Notes under the pieces: model-generated
Databases searched by the model: none
Seen by the model: the letters and a program-made list of their open reading frames with translations, nothing else
Told to the model about the DNA's origin: nothing
Translations under genes and position numbers: made by a program
Source: Fodinibius sp.
Lineage (GTDB): Bacteria; Bacteroidota; Rhodothermia; Balneolales; Balneolaceae
Length of the DNA stretch: 45,505 nt
Reading direction: 5' to 3'
NCBI GenBank assembly: GCA_035300985.1
Contig: DATGUX010000414.1
Span: forward strand, 1 to 45,505
Part shown: positions 37,320-45,505 of the stretch, piece by piece
Layout: every line of letters starts with the position of its first letter
Position numbering within the stretch: the first letter of the stretch is position 1

Positions 37320-38648
37320 CTACGATTCCTCAAACGCCTGGTGATCTTCGGCTTCATAGGCAGGGCGACGCGAGAGGAAATAGGACCCGGCAAGCCCGCA
37401 AATGAGCGAACCCATCAAAATACCTGTTTTAGCAATTCGCAGTAATTTTTCTTCTTTGAAAGCCAGCTCAGCAATAAACAGCGACATAGTAAAACCAATT
37501 CCCGTCAGCAGGGCAATACCATAAAGAATTTTCCATATTTCCCGGTCCGGGGCCAACCGGGAATAGCCGAGCTTAGTAAAAACCCATATCGTTCCGAAAA
37601 CACCCAACTGCTTTCCCAGAAATAGCCCCAGCACGATACCAAGGGAAAGCGTGGAAGAAAAAGCAGCGCTCATCACCTCCGGATAAAACACCAGCCCGGC
37701 ATTGGCAAAAGCAAATAGCGGCATAACCACAAAATATACAAATGGGCGCAGGTTGTCTTCCATCCGGTGCAGCGGTGATTTTGCATAGATATGGCTTTTA
37801 CCCATATGACGCATCGCCTGTTTACGACTCACATCCTTCTGCTCATCGGCCGCCTTTTTAAAAAGGTCAATCCCCTTTTGGGCATATTCCTGCAGGCGCT
37901 CCAGATTCCAACGCTGGCTGGCAGGGATGGCAAAACCCAGCATAACGCCCGCAATCGTAGAGTGGACACCCGATTTCAGGACCGCCCCCCACAACACAAA
38001 TCCAATAATTAGATATGGCTGCAATCGTTTAACTCCGAAACAATTAAATATGATAAGAATAAGTAAACAAATAACGGCAACGCCCAGAGCAACCATATGT
38101 ATCTGTTTGGCAAAAAATACAGCGATTATTAGGACGGCTATGATATCATCTACAACCGCTATGGCCGTAACCAACACTCTAGCCCATACCGGTATGCGAG
38201 AACTCAGCAAGGCCATTATTCCTATTACAAAAGCAATATCGGTTGCCATGGGGATGGCCCATCCTTGTATATTTGGGGAACCCGCATTGAGACTATAAAA
38301 AATCAGCCCGGGTAGTGCTGCACCGCAGATAGCAGCAACCGCCGGCAACAGAGCTTGTCGAAATGTGGAAAGTTCTCCGAATTTTAGCTCTCGCTTAATC
38401 TCCAGACCCACAACTAGGAAAAACAGCGCCATCAGTCCCTCGTTAATCCATTCCTTAAGGGAGTGTTCAATCACAAATGACGACAGATGAACAGAAAGCT
38501 TTAGCTTCAATGCCTTTTCATACCACTCATTTAAGGGGCTGTTGGCTACGGCAAGAGCTGTGATGGTTGCAACGAGCAGTATTACCCCGATGGCAGCATC
38601 TTTTCTGAAGAAGTTTCTAACGGACGTTAGGAAGGCCGAGTCATTCAT
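37320..38648 (-). CDS. nhaA: Na+/H+ antiporter
   Basis: WINEGLMALFFLVVGLEIKRE, GWAIPMATDIAF, AVVDD, GLFLGKQLG, GIGFTMSLFI. Confidence 0.93.
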   Translation of the reverse strand: MNDSAFLTSVRNFFRKDAAIGVILLVATITALAVANSPLNEWYEKALKLKLSVHLSSFVIEHSLKEWINEGLMALFFLVVGLEIKRELKFGELSTFRQALLPAVAAICGAALPGLIFYSLNAGSPNIQGWAIPMATDIAFVIGIMALLSSRIPVWARVLVTAIAVVDDIIAVLIIAVFFAKQIHMVALGVAVICLLILIIFNCFGVKRLQPYLIIGFVLWGAVLKSGVHSTIAGVMLGFAIPASQRWNLERLQEYAQKGIDLFKKAADEQKDVSRKQAMRHMGKSHIYAKSPLHRMEDNLRPFVYFVVMPLFAFANAGLVFYPEVMSAAFSSTLSLGIVLGLFLGKQLGVFGTIWVFTKLGYSRLAPDREIWKILYGIALLTGIGFTMSLFIAELAFKEEKLLRIAKTGILMGSLICGLAGSYFLSRRPAYEAEDHQAFEES

Positions 38649-38679
38649 TATATGCAGCTTTAGGGATAATATGCGAGGC

Positions 38680-38927
38680 ACGCGCGGCCTCCTGCTTGCC
38701 GTGGGCCAGCATCTTATCCATCTCCGGAGTCATGGGTTCCAGCAGTTGCTCTTTATGTTGTTGCAGCTCGCCCATAACGTTTGCTCGCCCCCCAGTCGGT
38801 TTATGCCACTCCAGGAAGGCCTTAGGCATTCCCCGGCTTCCGGGTCGCTCATCAACAGAGAGCGGTTAATTTCTTTTCCCGTTGCCGGGTTAATCGTAAT
38901 AAGTTCTTTTTGGTTGGCTTTGTCCAT
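38680..38927 (-). pseudogene. Frameshifted 5' relic of an aldehyde dehydrogenase paralogous to 22144..23550
   Basis: MDKANQKELITINPATGKEINRSLLMSD and AFLEW...LQQHKEQL...MTPEMDK vs MITTNEKEIMTINPATGEEIKRYPLMSD...AFLEW...LQQHKEEL..LMTREMGK. Confidence 0.8.
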
Positions 38928-39093
38928 AGGCGTATTATTTTCAGCGTGTTTTATAAAATTGTTATTATATCTATCCTGGTCCCTCATCCGTTATCTTTTG
39001 CATTGCTTACGACCTGTTTTCGACATACTATTCCCCGGGTGGTTTATGGCCACCGGGGAATAAATAACGTTCTATAGGAATGGATTGAACAAT

Positions 39094-39297
39094 TTATAAT
39101 TTGTTAACAGTGAAGGTAATTTTCGCTGTTATTCGATATGACTGGATTTCACCATTCTCAACTTTGGCCTCCACATCAGAAGCCCATACGGACTTAATTG
39201 AGTCAACGGTTTGGGAGGCTTCGGCTACCGCATTTTCAAATGCCTCTTCTATCGTTTTACCTTCGGCTAACACTTCAATTACTTTTGCTAAAGACAT
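39094..39297 (-). CDS. Dodecin family protein
   Basis: KVIEVLAE..TIEEA..NAV..AS.TV..IKSVW......V.NG.I..YR...KITF. Confidence 0.88.
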   Translation of the reverse strand: MSLAKVIEVLAEGKTIEEAFENAVAEASQTVDSIKSVWASDVEAKVENGEIQSYRITAKITFTVNKL

Positions 39298-39352
39298 ATG
39301 ATTTGTTTTTTTGGTTAGTTATTAAGGGTTAGATTGATCAAATTACATCTAG

Positions 39353-40855
39353 TTACTTCACGTATTTATCCCACAGGCCATAGGTTTCTAATTTTGTTCC
39401 TCTTTCGAGAGCAAGTACCGCAACACTAACGCCTGTTATAATTGCTAAAAGGGTCAAAAAGACGTTGCTGTCAATTACAAACCAAAACGCTACAGCAATT
39501 GCCAGCCCCAGTAGTACGTTTATATACCGGCCGGCCCTTACTACTTCGCCCATACCTATTACCGATACTACTACGATTAAGGCTCCAACTAAATGACAGA
39601 CATTAGCGGCCAGGGTTTCAATGCCTACGCCAAAGATCCCCGGAGCAAACATGAGCCAGATCCCTAACACAGTAGATGTTATGAGGGTCCAGGGAAAACT
39701 CATTCCCCAGATCGAAGCAAGAAAAACCCGCCCGGGGGCTCTGGGCAAGTCCATAAGTTCGGGAGATCGTTCATCGGTGTTCTGTTCAACCGGCTCTCCC
39801 CCTTTCCAAAAAGTGGTCCAAAGTGAATCGCCTCTTCTTTTGCGCTGAATCAAATGTTGCAACATGGCGATGACTTCATCCACTTCCAGTGGAATCATGG
39901 GCAGCATGATGATTGCGGTAGTCAGACAGATCGTACACCAAGCGCCCACCACCAATGGCTGGGATATAACCAAGAAGATGCTCACAAGGCCTAACGGGAT
40001 CACCAGAATACCAAACAGCGTGACCATCCAGGGCATGGTGCGCCAGCGGGAGGGGCTCCCCATAAATCCCATCAAGCACTCGAGGGTATAGGCGAAGGTG
40101 CCTATCGCTGCATCAGAAACAGGCCAGGAATGGGACATTGATGAGTTTAAAACAGTTGTTGTGCTGGCTCCAAAAAAAGGATCCCAGGCAACATCCAGAT
40201 ACCCCAGCTGAAATGCGCCCAGATAACGCGAGGCAATCCAGCCCAAAAAACCGGTAACAATCATAATCCAGCGCTGGGGCCAGCTGGACGGATTATAACT
40301 CCACCCGGGGGGTGTTTCGGAGCCCATCTTCATATACATAATCATATTGGGCATGCCCGGTATCAGGATCGTCAGAGCTATAACCAAGGCCCCCACTAAT
40401 GTTCCATTGAGGTAAGCAACGGCCACGGGCGACCAGAAAATAAAGGGCGCCATACTAATCCAGATACCGATAAAACAACAGATCCACAGGCTGTACGGGC
40501 GGTTGGGTGTCAGCGAACGCCACCCAAAAAAGATAAGCAGCAGGCCGCTGATGATGTCACTCCACCTCATAGCCGCTATCCGCTCGGCCATGGGAAGCCA
40601 GACCTCGCGTCCACCGCTGGGCTCGACCGTGCCGACGCTGTAGCTGAACGTCAGCGGCGCCATCACCATCCAGATACCGAGCATAACCAACATCCAATAG
40701 ATCCAAAGGGTCTGTCTGTGATGACGATGCAGCATTAATCTGCGTTGGCCGGGCTCATCCTTCTGCTCAGCCATGGGCCGTGCTGCCCCCCGTTTGCCCA
40801 TACCGGCTTCATCGTTGTGTTCACATGCTTCATTATTGTGTACGCTTTCATCCAT
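39353..40855 (-). CDS. Vitamin K epoxide reductase family membrane protein with SPW repeats
   Basis: LG.W...AP repeats at both ends, PPGWSYNPSSW.QR, DPFFG, WCTIC CxxC; start uncertain (40855 chosen). Confidence 0.8.
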   Translation of the reverse strand: MDESVHNNEACEHNDEAGMGKRGAARPMAEQKDEPGQRRLMLHRHHRQTLWIYWMLVMLGIWMVMAPLTFSYSVGTVEPSGGREVWLPMAERIAAMRWSDIISGLLLIFFGWRSLTPNRPYSLWICCFIGIWISMAPFIFWSPVAVAYLNGTLVGALVIALTILIPGMPNMIMYMKMGSETPPGWSYNPSSWPQRWIMIVTGFLGWIASRYLGAFQLGYLDVAWDPFFGASTTTVLNSSMSHSWPVSDAAIGTFAYTLECLMGFMGSPSRWRTMPWMVTLFGILVIPLGLVSIFLVISQPLVVGAWCTICLTTAIIMLPMIPLEVDEVIAMLQHLIQRKRRGDSLWTTFWKGGEPVEQNTDERSPELMDLPRAPGRVFLASIWGMSFPWTLITSTVLGIWLMFAPGIFGVGIETLAANVCHLVGALIVVVSVIGMGEVVRAGRYINVLLGLAIAVAFWFVIDSNVFLTLLAIITGVSVAVLALERGTKLETYGLWDKYVK

Positions 40856-40907
40856 AAACACTCTTCTTATATAGACCTCTGCCCTGGGGGAAGCGTTACA
40901 ACACCCG

Positions 40908-41984
40908 CTAATTATTTTCTTTTTCAAACTCTGCAGGTAATTCAAGGTCGTTCTCTTTATACCACTCCACAGGGTCGGCCTTCAGGTTTTCAATTATTTG
41001 TGGGAGCGTTTCTATCAGATAGTGGCTGGGTTGCCAGCCAAGCCATTCTTGGGCTCGCGAGATATCCAGCTCAAAATGATTGTCGGCACGTTCGATCATC
41101 CAGGGTTTAATAAAAGGGTCCCCGACCAGATCCATACTCCAGGCCCCTGCTTTAGCCAAAGGTTTGGGCACTTCAAAGGTTTCCCACTTCTCCCCATAGA
41201 TAAGTCGCCCGATTTTGTTTTGCAGCTCTTGATAACTGGGCGTATCCGGTTCCCCGATATTTATAGCGATCTCTTCGGGCAGGGCTTTCCTTCTTTTTAC
41301 CGTTCTTTCCAGAGCGTCCAGCAAATCGTCCATATGCAAAAAAACATTGCCGTGCGAAGTATCCCCGGAGAAGAAATGACTGGTAAATTCTTTTTCATAA
41401 ATACGTTTAATTTGATGGGCAATGGGAATGGAGTGGCCTTTCTCGTCGTACGCCCCGGCCAGCCGCAGCAGTACCGCGCTGATATCGCCTCGCTCTTCCC
41501 GGATTACTTCTTCGGTATTCACCTTCGATTCAGGATAGTCCCAATTGGGTTGAACAGGCGCTTCTTCATCAATGGTATCCCCGGGCTCGGTCGGTTTATA
41601 AATGAGATTGGTACTGGAAAAAATAAACTGTTCGACCTCAAAATCCTGCAGCACGCGCAGAAACTTTCTTGTCCCCTTGATTGTCACTTCTTCATACAGG
41701 GGGCTCGGCTCTCCGGAAAAATCATAATAGGCCACAAGGTGGATAACCGAAGCTATGTTGTTCCCGTAAGCATGCCTTATCCGCTTCATCGCCGCTTGTA
41801 TGCTTTCTTTTTTCGTGATATCGAAGTACACAAATTCGGCCTGTTTGGGAGGAAAAGGATTGCCCTGTTTATCCATTCCTACGATCTGAAAATCCTCGCC
41901 CAGCTTCTTAATAATTCGGGTGCCTATCAATCCGCTGCTACCCGTTATGATGACAACATCCTTGCCGCTTTGACTTGTTTGCAT
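40908..41984 (-). CDS. NAD-dependent epimerase/dehydratase (extended SDR)
   Basis: ITGSSGLIG, VIHL.AYYDF, FSST, YPESK catalytic motif. Confidence 0.88.
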   Translation of the reverse strand: MQTSQSGKDVVIITGSSGLIGTRIIKKLGEDFQIVGMDKQGNPFPPKQAEFVYFDITKKESIQAAMKRIRHAYGNNIASVIHLVAYYDFSGEPSPLYEEVTIKGTRKFLRVLQDFEVEQFIFSSTNLIYKPTEPGDTIDEEAPVQPNWDYPESKVNTEEVIREERGDISAVLLRLAGAYDEKGHSIPIAHQIKRIYEKEFTSHFFSGDTSHGNVFLHMDDLLDALERTVKRRKALPEEIAINIGEPDTPSYQELQNKIGRLIYGEKWETFEVPKPLAKAGAWSMDLVGDPFIKPWMIERADNHFELDISRAQEWLGWQPSHYLIETLPQIIENLKADPVEWYKENDLELPAEFEKENN

Positions 41985-42165
41985 AGCCAGCGATACCCTG
42001 TTTCATTAAAAATAACATATAACTCATTGAAAAACGCAGAAGCACTCTGATTTAAACTCTTGGTATCCGTTGTTATTCATATTGCAACCTGTTCTCAGAC
42101 TATTTTTTTGCTTTGAATGCTTCGCTGACAAGCTCACTAAACTCTTGTTCCATACGTTCAAACCC

Positions 42166-42420
42166 TTAGTGGTCCCGCAGCGCTTTAATCAGTTCATGTT
42201 TGTTCATTTTCGATCGACCTTCAATGCCTACTTCGCCGGCTTTTTCCAGCAGATCATTTTTGGTCCAGTCTTCATATGTTCCATGCTTGCCCCCCTTCCT
42301 TGAAGCTTGCCTGCCAGCATTAGCGATGCGGGCCGCCCTGTCTTTGCTCATGCCTTGCTCTCGGAGCTCCTCGTATGTTTCCTGATCTTTTATTTGGTTT
42401 GGGTCCTGTTTTGACATCAT
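42166..42420 (-). CDS. Small protein with a C-terminal Rho-N-like helical domain
   Basis: IKD..TYEELRE.GMSK..AARIANA...YEDWTK.DL...A.EVGIEGRSKMNK.ELI.ALR. Confidence 0.82.
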   Translation of the reverse strand: MMSKQDPNQIKDQETYEELREQGMSKDRAARIANAGRQASRKGGKHGTYEDWTKNDLLEKAGEVGIEGRSKMNKHELIKALRDH

Positions 42421-42535
42421 TATTACCGCATTTAGTTTTAGGGTTGTTTGAAAACGTCCATCGCGTGCTGTTGACTGCCGGATTAAATTCACCTTCAGGC
42501 CTAAAAGACGGTTCTAAAATAACTTCTTGCGTTAC

Positions 42536-43402
42536 TCAACTGCTCACCGCCTCCCCCCCGTTGACATGAATCACCTGGCCCGATATATAGGAGGCATCCT
42601 CTGATGCCAGGAATACATAAGCAGGCGCTACCTCCGAAGGCTGGCCCGGCCGGCCCATCGGAGTTGATTTCCCAAACTCTGCAACATGCGCTTTATCAAA
42701 GGTGGCCGGAATAAGCGGCGTCCATATCGGCCCCGGCGCTACGGCATTTACGCGGATTCCTTTCGGCGCTAAGTCCTGACTGAGCGATCGCGTAAATCCG
42801 ACAATGGCGCCCTTGGTGGCACCGTAATCGATAAGATAATTTCGTCCCTGATAAGCCACTACGCTGGTGGTATTGATAACGGAATCGCCTTCGGAAAAAT
42901 GCTCAGCGGCTGTTTTCGTTAGATAAAACATGGCCACTACATTGGTTTGAAAGGTCTGTTCGGCAATATCCAGGTCTAATTCTTCAATCCCCTGCCGTAC
43001 GTGTTGCTCACCGGCGTTATTAACCAGAATATTAAGTTTCCCAAATTCGATGATTACCTGCTCTATGCACTTCTCGCAAAAATGGCGGTCTTTAATATCA
43101 CCCCGGATAACAAGGCACTTTGCCTGCTCCTTTTCTACCATTTGACGGGTCTTGTCGGCATCCTCATCTTCTTCCAGATAAACGATGGCAATCCCCGCCC
43201 CTTCCCGGGCAAAGTGAACGGCCATGGAGCGGCCAATGCCGGAATCGCCGCCGGTAATCAGCGCCACTTTACCCTTCAATTTGCCACTTCCCTTGTAATT
43301 ATCGCGGATAATTTTCGGCTCCGGATACATCTGGGCCTCCTCCCCGGGCTGGGTTTGTCCTTGTCGGGGCAAATCCTGATTTTCTAACCTCTTGGGATCC
43401 AT
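42536..43402 (-). CDS. SDR oxidoreductase, general stress protein 39 (YdaD/YhxC/YghA) type
   Basis: Q.QPG.E..M.P.P, GSGKLKGKVALITGGDSGIG, DYGATK, VAPGPIWTPLIP. Confidence 0.92.
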   Translation of the reverse strand: MDPKRLENQDLPRQGQTQPGEEAQMYPEPKIIRDNYKGSGKLKGKVALITGGDSGIGRSMAVHFAREGAGIAIVYLEEDEDADKTRQMVEKEQAKCLVIRGDIKDRHFCEKCIEQVIIEFGKLNILVNNAGEQHVRQGIEELDLDIAEQTFQTNVVAMFYLTKTAAEHFSEGDSVINTTSVVAYQGRNYLIDYGATKGAIVGFTRSLSQDLAPKGIRVNAVAPGPIWTPLIPATFDKAHVAEFGKSTPMGRPGQPSEVAPAYVFLASEDASYISGQVIHVNGGEAVSS

Positions 43403-43572
43403 TGTTACAGCAATGTTATTTGAGAAAGTTTGTTGTATAGCGCCAGAAGGTTGAAGACTTTGCCCGGCGAATAAGTTTTATTAGCCTTAGCTGGCAGCCT
43501 GTATTTCAGGCGAAAAATATGTGCCCAACCCAGTAGCTAAGAAGAAAGGTAGGACAAAACAGCCTTAGGAGA

Positions 43573-43591
43573 TGTAGTAAAAATTACCATA
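43573..43591. promoter_or_regulatory. Box TGTAG-TAAAAATTA-CCATA
   Basis: 171 nt upstream of the SDR operon. Confidence 0.5.
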
Positions 43592-43799
43592 ATTGCCCCA
43601 CAAAATGTTCTACCTCTCCAGAACAAACCTCCATCCTTTTATATGGGGGCGAATCAACTGGTACTTGTGGGCAGTGGCTGAGTTGAGGTTGCCACCCATA
43701 CGATGGCTCATATTAGTATGGGCTGAGCCACTCTATAGGGACTTACCCCACGTTTAATTTCGCGTTACTTTTATACGTAGCACGTATGCCAACCATCGA

Positions 43800-43818
43800 T
43801 ATAGTGGATATTGCTACA
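43800..43818. promoter_or_regulatory. Box TATAG-TGGATATTG-CTACA
   Basis: 169 nt upstream of the DoxX gene. Confidence 0.6.
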
Positions 43819-43986
43819 TGCTTTTCACAAAAAATTCTATTTATTTCTTCAGATATAACTTCCATTATCAATAATAAAGGAAAGAAGCAGATACCGTAAA
43901 CCAAAGATGCCTCCTTATGCCCATACGAATATCTCTGATTGGGCCACCAGGAATGTTTTATATCAACCTAAGCTTAATGTCATTCC

Positions 43987-44370
43987 ATGATTTTAGATCT
44001 ACGCTTCATCACTGATTTTGCGCTTTTGGCCTTGCGTATAATCGTTGCAATCACTTTTCTTTCAAGCGGCATTAGTCACCTCAGAAAGCCATCCGAGCGA
44101 GGTGACCAGCTTGGTTTATCTAAAAGCGCTACTATTTTATTAGGTCTCGCAGAAATAGTAGCGCCGCTATCGATTGCTCTGGGCATTTATATTCAGGTCG
44201 GGGCCGCCTTGCTTATTATTGTTATGCTAGGGGCCATCTACAAAAAGATTTTTGCGTGGGACATTGGGTTTTACAGTGAAGAAAGCATGGGCTGGCATTA
44301 TGACTTGCTGTTGTTATGTGCAAATGTGGTTTTTTTAACGACGCCCGGCCGCTGGGTAATTGTAGGATAA
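43987..44370 (+). CDS. DoxX family membrane protein
   Basis: LLALRI...F..SG..H, G.AE, GWHYDLLL...PG. Confidence 0.85.
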   Translation: MILDLRFITDFALLALRIIVAITFLSSGISHLRKPSERGDQLGLSKSATILLGLAEIVAPLSIALGIYIQVGAALLIIVMLGAIYKKIFAWDIGFYSEESMGWHYDLLLLCANVVFLTTPGRWVIVG

Positions 44371-44564
44371 GGTCGTCGCTGGTTTTACAGTGTACTCGCC
44401 AGCGGTCTTTCCCTACATCTGTTACATAAAAAAACATCTATTATGCCACAAATTCCCCGAGATTACTTTTTTGCAGGTCCTTTTTGCTGGCTTTAGCCCG
44501 GCCTGAATTTATGTTCAAAATAGGCAATCAATGCCATCAGTTAACCCTCATACCAGAGGATGTT

Positions 44565-45002
44565 ATGGAACAATCTATAGTTCTTTATCCGGAATCTGCC
44601 ATATTACCCGACTACATCGAAGATGAGGAAATCGGGAAGGAAGCTATAACAGTGATAATGGGTATATTAGTAAGCCATTTGCCCGAAAAAGAGGCTTATT
44701 ATTTTATGGTCTACCTGCCGGAATACCTTAGTTACCAAAAGCTCCGCGAACTACCACATCATATTTCAACCCTCAGTCCTGATGATTGTATCAATCTGTT
44801 TATGGACCGGATGTCCATTACAGAAGTACAAGCTGAAGAGCTCATATTCCAAATAATCAGGGCAATCGGAACCCAGCATAAAGACAAGCAGTACAATATA
44901 ACTGAATATCTACCTGCTGAATGGAAAAACCTGTTCCAAATGCTGACCAGCAAACTGATTATTCTAAGGACTACGCGAATAAATAATATATATTATGACT
45001 GA
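44565..45002 (+). CDS. DUF2267-like protein
   Basis: L.SHLP..EA......LPEYL...QAEEL......A...LP.EWK.LF pattern; AGAGGA RBS before ATG 44565. Confidence 0.6.
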   Translation: MEQSIVLYPESAILPDYIEDEEIGKEAITVIMGILVSHLPEKEAYYFMVYLPEYLSYQKLRELPHHISTLSPDDCINLFMDRMSITEVQAEELIFQIIRAIGTQHKDKQYNITEYLPAEWKNLFQMLTSKLIILRTTRINNIYYD

Positions 45003-45154
45003 AGGTTCGACCAATAATTATAGCTGGTGGGTTGTTCAGACCGTTATTCTTCCATTTTAATACCGGACGTTTTGAATAAAGCCCTGAGTGCAATCGGTAT
45101 TTATTGAAAGGGTTTTTGTTTTCAAAGTGTGAGACTTTATAATGACAAAGCATT

Positions 45155-45505
45155 ATGGCTAATTCTTTTGATGACATCCTGTCCTCCCTTCCACGCTTCC
45201 GGAAAGTGGCAGAAGAACTTAAGGAAACACTGCTTGCCAACTTAGTGATGATTGGTGAAATTCCGGCTCCTACTTTTGATGAGAGAAAGCGGGTTGAATT
45301 CCTGCTCAATCGCTTTAAGGAAGCGGACATTTCCAGTAACTCCGTGGATGAAGTCGGCAATGGTATTGGCCTGGTTGAAGGAAAAGACAATAGCGAATCT
45401 ATCCTGGCTGTGGCCCATGCCGATACGGTCTTCGATGCTAAGGTTGACCATACCATACAGGTTCAGCCCGATACGCTTACCGGAGTGGGCGTGGCAGATA
45501 ATGAT
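45155..45505 (+). CDS. M20/M28-family metallopeptidase, runs off the right edge
   Basis: Manual translation: ...EIPAPTFDERKR...DEVGNGIG...AHADTVF...GVGVADN. Confidence 0.85.
   Translation, partial: MANSFDDILSSLPRFRKVAEELKETLLANLVMIGEIPAPTFDERKRVEFLLNRFKEADISSNSVDEVGNGIGLVEGKDNSESILAVAHADTVFDAKVDHTIQVQPDTLTGVGVADND

Noticed and set aside
38542-39063. 173-aa plus-strand ORF and minus ORFs 38641..38829 and 38730..38987
   Set aside because: Antisense to nhaA and the relic, or pieces of the aldehyde dehydrogenase pseudogene.
40998-42050. 350-aa plus-strand ORF
   Set aside because: Antisense shadow of the epimerase gene; no recognisable motifs.
44971-45456. 161-aa minus-strand ORF
   Set aside because: Antisense to the truncated plus-strand peptidase starting at 45155.
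1-45505. CRISPR array, tRNA/rRNA, integrase/transposase, defence systems
   Set aside because: No regularly spaced direct repeats, RNA-gene signatures or such proteins were recognised by eye.

Overview
Bacterial accessory region. Gene families and acidic proteins suggest a halophilic Bacteroidota/Balneolota-like organism; this is inference only. Almost the whole window is a general-stress/dormancy gene island. (1) Pyruvate-node enzymes: a PoxB-like TPP enzyme in an operon with a mandelate-racemase-family enzyme and an FAD/Fe-S oxidase, aceE-aceF without E3, and ppsA. (2) A short non-proton-pumping respiratory branch: ndh, cydAB and an aldehyde dehydrogenase. (3) cfa, nhaA, a Csp-type copper storage protein, dodecin, rhodanese, DoxX, an SDR, and a VKOR/SPW protein with an epimerase. 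(4) Many small paralogous proteins: 5 CsbD-like, 4 PRC-barrel-like, 2 CHRD lipoproteins, and 2 unannotated single-TM microproteins. (5) At least six gene relics: APC permease, panB, cat, Lon-like ATPase, a carboxypeptidase-regulatory-domain copy and an aldehyde dehydrogenase copy. The most notable hidden signal is a 19-bp palindrome, TRTAG-N9-CTAYR. It recurs in about 10 intergenic regions, mostly ~100 or ~167 nt upstream of start codons and often as 23-bp-spaced tandem pairs. One pair lies in the divergent gap next to an orphan NarL/UvrY-type response regulator, which suggests a response-regulator-controlled general stress regulon. No rRNA, tRNA, CRISPR array or intact transposase was seen.
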